A stretch of 64,000 bases of DNA, from the NCBI GenBank assembly GCA_963716175.1, contig OY970296.1:1216001-1280000 (forward strand), written 5' to 3'. How positions within the stretch are numbered: the first letter of the stretch is position 1; the number at the start of each line of letters is the position of its first letter. The position numbers were made by a program, and so were the translations under genes. This stretch comes from an uncultured Armatimonadetes bacterium. Lineage in GTDB: Bacteria; Armatimonadota; Hebobacteria; Hebobacterales; Hebobacteraceae. Under the pieces are notes generated by a model, which worked only from the letters and a program-made list of their open reading frames with translations, was not told the DNA's origin and ran no database searches. Shown piece after piece: positions 21,066 to 31,037 of the stretch.

Positions 21066-22256
21066 GTGGGTATGACCACGACCGCAAGCCGCGAGGCGCC
21101 TGCGCCGCAGACTGTCGCAGCGACTGCTGCGCGGCCCGGGCCGCGGGAGCTTCCTCCTTTCCGGGCCGAAGCACCCGCGAAACGGGTGCTATCCTTGGAC
21201 GCTTTCCGCGGGTTGGCCGTGTTCGGCATGCTGCTGGTGAACAACAAGGCGCTCGGTCCCTGGACGCCGGCGCAACTGACCCATGCCGGCTGGAATCAGG
21301 GGATCCATCTCGCTGATCTGGTGTACCCGTGGTTTCTGCTCATCGTGGGGGTGGCGATACCTTACTCGGAGGCGTCGGCCCGGGGGCGGGGGGTCTCGCG
21401 CTGGGGTTATGCCCTCAAGGTGGTGCGCCGCGCGGCGATACTGGTGCTGCTGGGCTGCCTGATCAACTCCAGCTATGCGCGCCATCCCATGTTCGATCTG
21501 GGGGTGCTGCAGTTGATCGGGTTCGCCTATCTGGCGGGGGCCTTGCTCTACGGCCTGCCGCTGGCCGGGCGACTGCTGGTGGCGGCCGAGCTGCTGGCGG
21601 CGCACTGGGTGCTGCTGCGCTTCCTGCCCGTGCCCGGGGCGGGCGTGGGGGCTCTCGGCCCGAGCCAGAATCCCATCGCTTACCTGAACCAGACCTACCT
21701 GGGGCAGTGGGAGCTGGAGAATGTGCCGGCGGTGCTGCCGACCGCGGCGCTGGTGGTGATCGGTACCGCGGTCGGGGATGGCCTGCGGAGCCAGTGGGGG
21801 AGCGAGCGGAGGAAGGTGGGATTGCTGCTCGCCGGTGGGCTGGCGCTGGCGCTGGCGGGCTGGCTGTGGAGCCTGGACCTGCCGCTCAACAAGCGGCTCT
21901 GGACCGGGCCGTTCATCCTCTTCGCGGCCGGCTGGGGCGCGATGGTGCTAGGTGCCGTCCATTTCCTGACCGAGGTGAAGCGCCACCGCAGGTGGGTCTT
22001 CCCGCTGCAGGTCATGGGGGTAAATGCCATCACCGCGTTCGTGCTGCCGATGCTGGTGAATATCCACGTGCTCCGGGAATGGGGCTGGAGGGGGGCAGAG
22101 GGCGCCTTCCTCTCGCTCCAGCAGCACTGGCTGGGACTGTTCACAGGCCACGCCGGCGCGGGGCTGGGCGGGCTGCTGTACACTACCTCCTATCTGCTGG
22201 CGTGGTGGCTGGTGCTGTTCTACCTCTATCGGAAGCGCATCTACCTGAGGGTGTGA
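21066..22256 (+). CDS. NagX/HGSNAT-like (DUF5009) membrane acyltransferase
   Basis: RVLSLDAFRG, MLLVNN, HAGWNQG, ADLVYPWFLLIVG, GVLQLIG, PLNKRLWT, GVNAI. Confidence 0.88.
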   Translation: MGMTTTASREAPAPQTVAATAARPGPRELPPFRAEAPAKRVLSLDAFRGLAVFGMLLVNNKALGPWTPAQLTHAGWNQGIHLADLVYPWFLLIVGVAIPYSEASARGRGVSRWGYALKVVRRAAILVLLGCLINSSYARHPMFDLGVLQLIGFAYLAGALLYGLPLAGRLLVAAELLAAHWVLLRFLPVPGAGVGALGPSQNPIAYLNQTYLGQWELENVPAVLPTAALVVIGTAVGDGLRSQWGSERRKVGLLLAGGLALALAGWLWSLDLPLNKRLWTGPFILFAAGWGAMVLGAVHFLTEVKRHRRWVFPLQVMGVNAITAFVLPMLVNIHVLREWGWRGAEGAFLSLQQHWLGLFTGHAGAGLGGLLYTTSYLLAWWLVLFYLYRKRIYLRV

Positions 22257-22413
22257 CCTAAAGAGCTTCGCCGGATGAAGTAACACGGGGAAGCTCAGGA
22301 AGCGGCCCAGACAGGCACAGGGCGATGCTCGCACATCACTTCGTTGTGCGAACATCATTAGAGGACAGGGAGCCTGCCCCTCGACTTCGCTCAGGGTAAA
22401 CTCCGAGGCTCCC

Positions 22414-23778
22414 CTACGAACGGTGTAGATCGCGCAGCAATCCGACCGCCCCCGCCACCATCTCCTCCCCCGCCTCCGCCGCCAGTGGCAGGGTCCCGTA
22501 GTAGCGGAAAGACTGGTCGGGCTCGTAGCCGCCCTCGGCGATGGCCTCGGCGGTGGGAACATAGCCGGTGCAGCCGTTGCTGTAGCCCAGGACGAGGGTG
22601 TGTCTGAAAGGAGAGCCGGCCGCAATCTGGTGCGCGAATTCCAGGAAAACCTCGCCGGAGAGAGCGACCAGGGCCACCTCGCCAATCGCCATCGCCTGCA
22701 CCGCGAATGGGAGCTTCAGCTCCCGCGCTCCCCGTTCAGCCAGAGAGAGCACCTCCTGCCAGTAGTGGACTAGCTCCGCTCGCGTCCGCACCCGATAGGG
22801 ATGCTGGCCAGCCTGCTTCGCCCGCGCTAGCTCCGCCTCCGCTCGCGCCAGCTCCGCTCTCGCTGCCGCGGGCCCGGGCGGGTTCTGGAGGGGTAGCTGA
22901 ACCTGCATCAGGCGCGCCCTCAGCGCTTCACCGCTCACAGGTTGGGCAGTTCGGACCGCGGCAAGCACGGCCTCCGCCATGGCGGCCCCGTGGCGCGCCA
23001 CCTGCTGGAAGGACCGCTCCTCCCGGTCGGGGTTGATGTTGCCACAGCAGCCTTGCAGGAACATGGGTATGGCCCCGGACTTGAGGCGCGCCTGCAGCTC
23101 CAGGCAGGCCGCGCCCATCCATTCCGCGCTGATCTCTCGATTCTCACCACCCAGGGTGGTGCCATGACAGGCATGGCTGAAGAGCAGCGCGATGGGCTCT
23201 GCCCTCGGACCGCTCACTTGCAGCACCCGCACCGACTCGTCCCTCAGCCCCTGGGGATTGCGGCCGATCACGACAGTGCCGTCCGGCCTGTGCTCGCGGC
23301 GGTTGATCCCAACGCGCGCCGGGGCGACCCCGAAGGCGGCAGCGGCGGGCGCCAGCCTCTGGCTGGCTGCGACTACCGCCTCAGCAACCAGGGCCGGGAG
23401 CGTCGCCACATACCCCTCATCCGGCCCGCCCAGCGCCAGCCCCAGTCCGCGGCTTACCCAGGGCGGCGGGACCGGGTACGCTGAGGCCACCGCGGGCCCG
23501 GCATGGGTGTGGCTGCAGTTCAGCAGCAGGCGCTCCGGGTTCAGTCCGCTCGCGCGGCTCACTTGCTGCCGGATGGCCGCATCCAGCGGGAAATCCAGGC
23601 CCAGCACATCAAGTGATACCACGGCCAAGTAAGCGGCGCCGTCGCGCAGCATCACGGCGCGGCACCAGAGGTCATCGTGAACTTTGATGGAGGGGCCCTC
23701 GCGGTCGCCATAGCCGCTGAGGTCCACTCCCACCGGAGGGGTGATCCTCACCTGCGACGCGCCCGCCTCTAAGGCCAT
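22414..23778 (-). CDS. Neutral/alkaline ceramidase N-terminal-domain protein
   Basis: ITPP, VHDDLWCRA, CSHTHAGP, ACHGT, LQGCCGNINP, GYSNGCTGYVPT..GGYE. Confidence 0.85.
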   Translation of the reverse strand: MALEAGASQVRITPPVGVDLSGYGDREGPSIKVHDDLWCRAVMLRDGAAYLAVVSLDVLGLDFPLDAAIRQQVSRASGLNPERLLLNCSHTHAGPAVASAYPVPPPWVSRGLGLALGGPDEGYVATLPALVAEAVVAASQRLAPAAAAFGVAPARVGINRREHRPDGTVVIGRNPQGLRDESVRVLQVSGPRAEPIALLFSHACHGTTLGGENREISAEWMGAACLELQARLKSGAIPMFLQGCCGNINPDREERSFQQVARHGAAMAEAVLAAVRTAQPVSGEALRARLMQVQLPLQNPPGPAAARAELARAEAELARAKQAGQHPYRVRTRAELVHYWQEVLSLAERGARELKLPFAVQAMAIGEVALVALSGEVFLEFAHQIAAGSPFRHTLVLGYSNGCTGYVPTAEAIAEGGYEPDQSFRYYGTLPLAAEAGEEMVAGAVGLLRDLHRS

Positions 23779-23800
23779 GCAGATACCTCCAACTGCGCGA

Positions 23801-24214
23801 TCACTCTGTGAGCCAGCGGGTCACTTTGGACCGCAGGTCTTCCAGGGAGAAAGGCTTGCGCACATAGGCGACGGCGCCGGCGGCGAGAGCGGCCTGGATG
23901 ATGGAATCGCTGGCCTGCCCGCTTACCACCACCACCTTGGTGCGGGAGTCGCGGCACAGCTCCCGACACACCAGCACGCCAGAGGCGCCGGAGTCCGGCA
24001 GCACGATGTCTATCAGCGCCAGGTCGGGCCGGGAGCGCCGGGCGAGCTGGATCGCCGCATCGCCATCGGCGGCCTCGTAGATGCGGCAGGGAATGGGTAA
24101 GCCCTCGACCGTGATCTTGATCAACTGCCGCGTGGCGTGATCGTCATCCACGATCAAGACCCTGCGGTCCTCCTCCGGGAGCTTGGTGGTGCTGCCGGCA
24201 GCGCTCTCCGCCAT
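23801..24214 (-). CDS. Single-domain response regulator (CheY-like)
   Basis: VLIVDDD, PDLALIDIVLP, YVRKPF. Confidence 0.92.
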   Translation of the reverse strand: MAESAAGSTTKLPEEDRRVLIVDDDHATRQLIKITVEGLPIPCRIYEAADGDAAIQLARRSRPDLALIDIVLPDSGASGVLVCRELCRDSRTKVVVVSGQASDSIIQAALAAGAVAYVRKPFSLEDLRSKVTRWLTE

Positions 24215-24290
24215 GACCTTCCTCCTGCCCCACGCGCCTACGCCTATCTGTTATTACCACCCTTTCTACTTCCGCGCGATGGCCGCAGCC

Positions 24291-24821
24291 TCAGCCAGCC
24301 GCATAGCGCAGCACGGCGGCGATGAGCAGCACAACGCCGATCAGCCCGCCACAGCCGAGGCCGGCCTGCGGGCGATGGTAGGCCTCCGAGAGGGACGGGA
24401 TAGGCTGGTAGGGAGGCTGCTTGCCGCCCAGCTCGCGGAGGCGGGCCCCCAGCGCCTGAGCGTGAGGATCGTCCGGTAAGTAGTGAAAGAGCAAGGTGAG
24501 CAGTTCGCCAGCGGCCTCCAGCATCACCGGCTTGTGGTCGGGGGCCTGCTGGGCCGCCTCCAGCAGCCTCTCGATGGCAGCGGGCGTCTGGTCTCGGAGC
24601 ACTCTCAGGCGGCTCCGGGTGATCTCCTGCAGGCCAGCCTGGAAGCGCTTGGTGGAGGCCTCGGGGCGGAGCCAGGCGGCGTCCTTCAGCTTCTGCTCGG
24701 CCACCTCGAGGGATCGCAGCTTCTCCAGCGCATTGGCAGTGCGAGCCGCGCGGCGCAGCTCGACCACGGCCAACTGCATGGTGCGCCGGTAGATTCTCTC
24801 CTCGGCCCAGCGGCGGAACAC
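24291..24821 (-). CDS. Hypothetical helical protein with C-terminal membrane anchor
   Basis: Fills the gap between co-oriented genes; hydrophobic tail GLIGVVLLIAAVL. Confidence 0.65.
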   Translation of the reverse strand: MFRRWAEERIYRRTMQLAVVELRRAARTANALEKLRSLEVAEQKLKDAAWLRPEASTKRFQAGLQEITRSRLRVLRDQTPAAIERLLEAAQQAPDHKPVMLEAAGELLTLLFHYLPDDPHAQALGARLRELGGKQPPYQPIPSLSEAYHRPQAGLGCGGLIGVVLLIAAVLRYAAG

Positions 24822-24827
24822 CGTGCG

Positions 24828-25919
24828 TTACTCCTCCTCATCCGCGGCCGGCCAGCCCAGGCAGATGCATCCTATGCCGCGCAGTATGCCCTTATCCCTG
24901 TGGTCCGAGTCCGGCGAGTCGAGGATGATGTCATCTGCCGACATCCAGGAGGCGTGCCCATCCATGAACCCGACATTGCTCCCGCCCAGGTGGCGGGTGT
25001 AGCGCGGGCGCATCGCGGGATCAGTCTGAAACTCCCGGTACTCTGACTCGGGCAGCCCGCAGCTCCGGGACCAGGTGCAGGCCTCCCAGTCCGCGGCGCA
25101 AGCCTCGGGGGTTGCCCGCATCGCCAGGTGACAGACCTCGGGATAGGCCAGGATCAGGGGAGACCAGAGGTTCTCACCATTGCTGTCCCCGCAGACCACG
25201 AACCAGGCCGGGTCGGCCACCGCGGCCTTGGCCAGGCCGGTGGCCTCCGTGCAGCCGATATGCTGCTGGAAGGCGCCGGTGGCCTCCTGGCCGGAGGCGC
25301 TGCCCAGCTTCCGCTGGGCGATGGAATCGGTGACGGTTCCACCCCAGCCCGGCGGCCACGCCAACTGGCAGGGCCCACCCACCGCCCCCTTCGGCTGCTC
25401 GCCCTTGCCATGCGTCGAGCCCCAGGCCTCGGCGTGCTTGCGCTCGTACCCGAACCAGTCCGGGCCGGGGACGATCCAGCCGGCCGTGCGCCCGAGATGA
25501 GCACCGGGGCAAGCCCAGACCTGGCGATCCTTGAGATAGGCATCCAGAATCACCGGCCATCGTAGGTAGGGATTGGCGTCGGTGGCCATGCGGCACTCCA
25601 CCATTTGCGGGTATCGCTGCTGGAAGTAGTCCACCACCTGGGGGCGATGCTCGGCCGGCGGCAGCCTGCCGTAGTCGCTGAGATACATCTGGACGGCGCG
25701 GCTGATCTTCTGCACATGCGTCAGGCACTGCGCCTGCAGCTCCTCGTCGCTGCCGTACATGCGCGAGGCGGCGCCCACGCGCTCCAGCAGGGGCCCGGTC
25801 ACTCCCGGCGCGCTGCCTCTGCCGCCTGCAAGAATGGGAGAGAGAACGAGGCAGAGCAAACCGATCGCTGCGACTAAGATGATCACTTCCCAGAGCCCGA
25901 CGCGGCTGGCGTGTCGCAT
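24828..25919 (-). CDS. Prepilin-like/DUF1559 protein with H-X9-DG C-terminal motif
   Basis: Hydrophobic N-terminal helix, QCLTHVQKISRAVQMYLSDY, WACP, RHLGGSNVGFMDGH. Confidence 0.82.
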   Translation of the reverse strand: MRHASRVGLWEVIILVAAIGLLCLVLSPILAGGRGSAPGVTGPLLERVGAASRMYGSDEELQAQCLTHVQKISRAVQMYLSDYGRLPPAEHRPQVVDYFQQRYPQMVECRMATDANPYLRWPVILDAYLKDRQVWACPGAHLGRTAGWIVPGPDWFGYERKHAEAWGSTHGKGEQPKGAVGGPCQLAWPPGWGGTVTDSIAQRKLGSASGQEATGAFQQHIGCTEATGLAKAAVADPAWFVVCGDSNGENLWSPLILAYPEVCHLAMRATPEACAADWEACTWSRSCGLPESEYREFQTDPAMRPRYTRHLGGSNVGFMDGHASWMSADDIILDSPDSDHRDKGILRGIGCICLGWPAADEEE

Positions 25920-26192
25920 CGCATTCGCTCCGTCCGTCGGCTGGAACCATGGAGCCGCCGACATCCGATGCCGATCCAGTTCTCCGTCTCTCCCTCCGCA
26001 GCCTGCCGCCCGCCGGGAGCGCAGGCGTCTCGCCTGCCCCGCCATCCCTGCAAACAGAACGCCCACCGCCTGGGCCGGCGGTGGGCTCGAGCTTGCTAAA
26101 ACCTGACGGTCCTGCGCTACCCCGTGGACGAGCGGTCGGTGTTTCGGGTTTTGCGGTGTTTCGGGATTTCCAATCCCGAAACCAAGCCCCGG

Positions 26193-27395
26193 CTACGCCA
26201 CCACCTTCGCCACCACCCCCGCACCCACGGTGCGGCCCCCCTCCCGGATGGCGAACCGCAACCCCTCCTCCATGGCGATGGGCTGGATCAGCTCCACGGT
26301 CATGATCACGTTGTCCCCAGGCATCACCATCTCCCGCCCCTCCGGCAGCTGGATCACCCCGGTCACGTCCGTGGTGCGAAAGTAGAACTGGGGCCGATAT
26401 CCCGGGAAAAACGCCTTGTGCCGGCCCCCCTCCGCCTGACTCAGCACGTACACCTGGCTCTCGAACTTGGTGTGCGGGGTGATGGACCCGGGCTTCGCCA
26501 ACACCATCCCTCGCTCCACCTCCTTGCGGTCAATCCCCCGCAGCAATACCCCGATGTTGTCCCCCGCCTGCCCCTGGTCCAACAGCTTCCGGAACATCTC
26601 CACCCCCGTCGCCACCGTCCGCCGGGACTCCGGGTGCAACCCCACCATCTCCACCTCGTCCCCCACCTTCACCAGCCCCCGCTCCACTCTCCCCGTCACC
26701 ACCGTCCCCCGCCCCGTGATGGTGAACACATCCTCGATCGCCAACAGGAAGGGCTGGTCTATGGGCCGCTCCGGGGTGGGTATGTAATTGTCCACCGCAT
26801 CCATCAGCTTCCAGATCGCCCCGCACCACTGGCACTCCCGCTTCCCACACCCGCACTCCAATACCTTGGTGGCACTCCCCGAGATCACCGGGATCTCGTC
26901 CCCCGGAAACTCGTACTTGCTCAACAAGTCCCGCACCTCGATCTCCACCAGCTCCAACAGCTCCGGGTCGTCCAGCATGTCCACCTTGTTCAGAAACACC
27001 ACGATGGATGGCACGTTCACCTGCCGCGCCAGCAGAATGTGCTCCCGGGTCTGGGGCATGGGCCCATCCGCCGCCGACACCACCAATATCGCCCCATCCA
27101 TCTGCGCCGCCCCGGTGATCATGTTCTTGATGTAGTCCGCATGCCCCGGGCAGTCCACGTGCGCATAGTGGCGCTTCTCCGTCTCGTACTCGGCGTGGAA
27201 AATCTGGATGGTCAACCCCCGCTCCTTCTCCTCCGGCGCCGAGTCAATCTGCCCATAATCCAAGGGCTTCGCCAACCCCACCTTCGCCAAGGTGTAGGTG
27301 ATCGCCGAGGTCAGCGTGGTCTTGCCGTGGTCCACGTGCCCGATGGTCCCCACATTCACATGCGGCTTGGTGCGCTGGAACTTAGCCTTGCCCAT
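26193..27395 (-). CDS. tuf: Elongation factor Tu
   Basis: [53 protein letters not shown]. Confidence 0.99.
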   Translation of the reverse strand: MGKAKFQRTKPHVNVGTIGHVDHGKTTLTSAITYTLAKVGLAKPLDYGQIDSAPEEKERGLTIQIFHAEYETEKRHYAHVDCPGHADYIKNMITGAAQMDGAILVVSAADGPMPQTREHILLARQVNVPSIVVFLNKVDMLDDPELLELVEIEVRDLLSKYEFPGDEIPVISGSATKVLECGCGKRECQWCGAIWKLMDAVDNYIPTPERPIDQPFLLAIEDVFTITGRGTVVTGRVERGLVKVGDEVEMVGLHPESRRTVATGVEMFRKLLDQGQAGDNIGVLLRGIDRKEVERGMVLAKPGSITPHTKFESQVYVLSQAEGGRHKAFFPGYRPQFYFRTTDVTGVIQLPEGREMVMPGDNVIMTVELIQPIAMEEGLRFAIREGGRTVGAGVVAKVVA

Positions 27396-27475
27396 CGTCT
27401 CTTGCTCCCTGTTGGCAGGTCCAACTGAGGTTGGGCGCCCGAGTAGCACGCCCGGTCCGGCCCGATGCAGGCCGT

Positions 27476-27503
27476 ATTGTAACGGCTGCGCCCCGCCTGT
27501 CAA
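27476..27503 (-). promoter_or_regulatory. sigma70-type promoter of tuf
   Basis: TTGACA (27503-27498), 16-nt spacer, TACAAT (27481-27476). Confidence 0.75.
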
Positions 27504-27555
27504 GGCGGGGCGCAGCTGATATCAGAGTGCCCAGGCGGGGTTCGGTGACCCCGCC

Positions 27556-27906
27556 CTACAGGGGGCAGCGGTGGTTCCAGGCAACGCGGCGCCTGATGGT
27601 CGCCGAGTGCAGCACCGCACCCAGGGAAGCAGCCGTGCGGGAGTACCGCTGGGCCTCCTCTTCTGCCTGCTCGACTAGCTGCTGCGCGGCCTGGGCGCGT
27701 GAGGCATAGGAGGCACCCGTGACCTGCGCGGCACTGATCGTGCGCTCGATCCGGCTTGCCGGCAGAGGCAGCCTCTGCTTGCGCAGGCTGGGCGCCGGCC
27801 CCACCTTCGTCTCGCGCAGCGTGGGACTCTCGGCCAGCAGCGCTGCGGCATCAGTTACTTGGCGTCGCTCGGCTTGGATCAAGGCTTGGGTCATGGTCGT
27901 CGTCAT
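27556..27906 (-). CDS. Hypothetical protein
   Basis: ORF with SD-like GGAGGG before ATG; no family recognised; stop codon supplied by a REP. Confidence 0.5.
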   Translation of the reverse strand: MTTTMTQALIQAERRQVTDAAALLAESPTLRETKVGPAPSLRKQRLPLPASRIERTISAAQVTGASYASRAQAAQQLVEQAEEEAQRYSRTAASLGAVLHSATIRRRVAWNHRCPL

Positions 27907-28095
27907 CGCAGGTCCCTCCCACTTCCAATCACAAACCAATACGCAGGCCGGCAGTGGAAGGTTTCATCGAATCCAACATCATCGGGGTGTTCCGGGACTT
28001 CAGTCCCGAAACGGTCTGGCAACGCCTAACGGCCGGTGGGCATGGCCATGCCCGCCCCACAGGTCAGGCTGAGGGGAGCCCAGAGAGGGACTCCC

Positions 28096-29089
28096 CTACG
28101 TCTCTGTAATCGTTTCCTCCACCGGGGTGCCCAGATGGCGCCCTCCGGGCCTGGAGGTAGGCCAGGACCTGATCACCGGGCCTGAGCGCGGCCGCCGAGA
28201 TCGCCTTGCCCTGGGGGGAGGTGAGGTAGATGGTTTCGGCGTTCTGGAGAATCAGCGACACCAGCTTTCCCTCCGCCTCCGCCTCCACCAGCAGCAGGGG
28301 CCGGCGCTCGATCTTGTTCCGGCCGAGATAGCCCATCGCGGTGGCGCCGTCGAAGCGCACCAACAGCACCTCGTCGCCGGCCTTCAGTTCCGATAGGTAC
28401 TTGGTCTTGCCCTCTGGCAGCAGGACATAGGCATGCATCGCCCCCGCGTTGACCCGGAAGGGCCTGGGAAGAAGGTACTCACTCTCCAGGCTCTCCGAAT
28501 GCACCAGGAAGAAGGCCTGCCCGGTGTTTCCGACCAGCATCCCTTCGCCCGCGCCCATGCTTGTGGTGGTGTCGAGGCAGGCGCGGTCGCCCATCCCCAG
28601 GGGGCGGATGGCTGTCACCGTCGCCGCCACCAGCGCCAGCTTCGGCATCACCGCGTGCACCAGCTCCACGGTCTTGCGAATCTCCTCTGCCGACCGGGTG
28701 TCGAGCACCACGCCGTCAACGCCCTTCTCCAACACCTGGGTCACCAGGCGCGCCTGCTCCGCCCCCGAAACCTCGGCCATCAGCCCGCGGCGCCGCGCCA
28801 CCAGGTTCTCCAGTGGGATCACGGTCCAGTCGGTGGTGCGCAGCACGACGGTCTTGTCGAGATGTTGGGTGGCGGCGGCCTCCTCATCGGCCTTTCCCTT
28901 GATCTCCATCCAGAAGACATCGGCCCCGGGCTTGATGTCGCCATCGGGCGCGACAGTGGGAAGCGCGCCCAGCTCTTTCACCCGCGCCGAATCGCCCTCC
29001 GCCACTACAAGAGCATCAGCCCCGCTATCCAGGGCAACGATGGCGAGGCCCTTGTCCCAGGGCTGAACCCGCACCCAGACTCGCTTCAT
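28096..29089 (-). CDS. aroB': 3-dehydroquinate synthase II (archaeal-type); frameshift at ~28148 near the C-terminus
   Basis: [54 protein letters not shown]; restored end [15 protein letters not shown]. Confidence 0.93.
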
Positions 29090-29886
29090 GTGTGCGACCC
29101 CAGCAGCCGCTTCGCCTCGGCCGGGGAGCTGTTCTCGTGCACCACCTTGCTGATGGCGCGCATGATGCCCTCCGGGTCGGCGTGCTGGAACGCATTGCGG
29201 CCGATGGAGGCTCCGGCAGCGCCGGCTTCGAGCGCGCCGGCCACCATCTGCAGTAGCTCCTCGTCCGTCTCCACCTTCTCTCCGCCCGCGATCACCACCG
29301 GCACGGGACAGCCCGCGACCACCTCGCGGAAGGTGTCGGGGGAGCCGGTGTAGTTCACCTTCACGATGTCCGCGCCCAGCTCGGCGCCCAGGCGCGCGGC
29401 GTGCTTCACGAACTTCACATCGAACTCGCTCTCGATCTTCTTGCCCCGGGTGTAGACCATCGCCAGCAGCGGCATGCCCCAGGTCATGCAGGTCTGGGAC
29501 ACCTCCCCGAAATGGCGCAGCATGTCGGCATCAGTGGAGGCGCCCAGGTTGACGTGGATCGAGACCGCGTCCGCGCCCAATCGGATCGCCTCCTCGACAG
29601 TGCAGACCGGCACTTTCGCATTCGGGTCCGGGCTCAGGCTGGTGCCGGCCGAGAGATGCACGATGAGACCGATATCTCGCCCGCCGCCCCGGTGCCCGGC
29701 CTGCACCATGCCCTTGTGCATGAGGATGGCATTGGCGCCGCCGTTGACGACCTTGGTGACCGTCTGCCGCATGTCCTCCAAGCCTGAGATGGGGCCGGCC
29801 GTGACCCCGTGGTCCATGGGAACGATCACGGTCCGCCCGGTCTCCCGGTTCATGATGCGTTCGAGCCGAATCTGCTTGCCGATCAT
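29086..29886 (-). CDS. aroA': 2-amino-3,7-dideoxy-D-threo-hept-6-ulosonate synthase (DhnA-type aldolase)
   Basis: [40 protein letters not shown]; coupled to aroB'. Confidence 0.9.
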   Translation of the reverse strand: MIGKQIRLERIMNRETGRTVIVPMDHGVTAGPISGLEDMRQTVTKVVNGGANAILMHKGMVQAGHRGGGRDIGLIVHLSAGTSLSPDPNAKVPVCTVEEAIRLGADAVSIHVNLGASTDADMLRHFGEVSQTCMTWGMPLLAMVYTRGKKIESEFDVKFVKHAARLGAELGADIVKVNYTGSPDTFREVVAGCPVPVVIAGGEKVETDEELLQMVAGALEAGAAGASIGRNAFQHADPEGIMRAISKVVHENSSPAEAKRLLGSHT

Positions 29887-29955
29887 AGCTCCCCTCCCTC
29901 GGTGCTTTTGGCGGATGGATTCGACGGCGGGCGGAAGATGCCTTGCGGAGAGAGC

Positions 29956-30579
29956 TTACTCGCGGTTACGCGCGACCGGCACGGAGGCCAGGTGCCGAGT
30001 GTCATTTCGCCGCAGCGCCCGAAACTCCGCGCCGTCACCCTCGAGTTCCCAGATGCCGGCCAGGCTGTGGCCCAGGTTCCGGCCCAGCGCGGGGCGCAGC
30101 TCGGGGCAGAGCAAAGAGAGGATGACGCCGTTGACCACGGCGTGGGCGACGATAGCGAGGCCGTGCCGGCAGGGCGCGGCGAGCAGCCGGTCAAGCGCGG
30201 GCTCGACGCGCTCGACCACATCAGCCAGGCTCTCGCCCTCCGGGCAATTCGCCGCCAGGTCCCCCGCGCCCCAGCAGGTGGTGACGCCCTCCCATTGCTG
30301 CCACTCCGCTGGCCCCCAGGCCGCCAGCGAGCCCATGTTGATCTCGGCCAGCGCGGGCTCGCGGACGAGGGGCACGCCCAGGGTCCGGGCCAGTGGGGTG
30401 GCCGTCTCCACCGCCCGCTGCATGGTGGAGCAGATGACGCGATCGAGCTTCTGCCCGCGCAGCGCCTGGGCGAGGCAGGCCGCCTGCTGGCGCCCGGTGG
30501 CATCGAGCGGCCGCTGCTCGTCCGGCGAGGCCGCCGAGAGCGGTTCGGGTTGGGCGTGGCGGATGATGAGAAGGCGCAT
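29956..30579 (-). CDS. Histidine phosphatase family protein (copy 1)
   Basis: LLIIRHA, STMQRAVETA, EINMG, PEGES, IVAHA. Confidence 0.9.
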   Translation of the reverse strand: MRLLIIRHAQPEPLSAASPDEQRPLDATGRQQAACLAQALRGQKLDRVICSTMQRAVETATPLARTLGVPLVREPALAEINMGSLAAWGPAEWQQWEGVTTCWGAGDLAANCPEGESLADVVERVEPALDRLLAAPCRHGLAIVAHAVVNGVILSLLCPELRPALGRNLGHSLAGIWELEGDGAEFRALRRNDTRHLASVPVARNRE

Positions 30580-30614
30580 CTGGGCTTTCCGCTATCAGAG
30601 GCGACGCGGCGCCT

Positions 30615-31037
30615 TCAGCGGGGGCGGATCAGGTGCACACCCACGAACTCACCTGCCGCTGTCGCCAACTGCTGGTCACAAGTGTAGAGGTCACACCCCC
30701 GTGTCTCGGCAAGAGCAATGTAGGACGCGTCGTACACAGCGATTGCTCGCGACACCGACAACTCCCACACGCGGTCCGCCAGATCGGTGAATCCTGTGAC
30801 CACAATGCCCATGCCTAGCAACACAGCAAGCAATCCGCTTCCGAAGCCTGGGGTGACGCGGCCCTGCAAGACGGCCATCCTTAGCGCGTTCGCGACTTCG
30901 TACTCCCAGATGCTGGGTGCAAGCAGACCAATGCGTCGCTCCTGGTGTGCACGCAAGAGTTCGGCCTCAGGCCCCGCTTGCTCATCGGGCATAGCCCAGG
31001 CCACGGCCACGCACGCGTCAACAACCGCTACGGGCAC
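30615..31037 (-). CDS. VapC-type PIN-domain toxin
   Basis: VVDACVAVAW, YEVANAL, VYDASYIALA, YTCD. Confidence 0.88.
   Translation of the reverse strand: MPVAVVDACVAVAWAMPDEQAGPEAELLRAHQERRIGLLAPSIWEYEVANALRMAVLQGRVTPGFGSGLLAVLLGMGIVVTGFTDLADRVWELSVSRAIAVYDASYIALAETRGCDLYTCDQQLATAAGEFVGVHLIRPR

Noticed and set aside
23430-23480. Possible repeat-derived insert PVPPPWVSRGLGL in the ceramidase-like protein
   Set aside because: No second copy in the window to support it
27396-27503. 36-aa N-terminal extension of EF-Tu in the ORF track
   Set aside because: That TTG is the -35 box; the conserved start is ATG 27395
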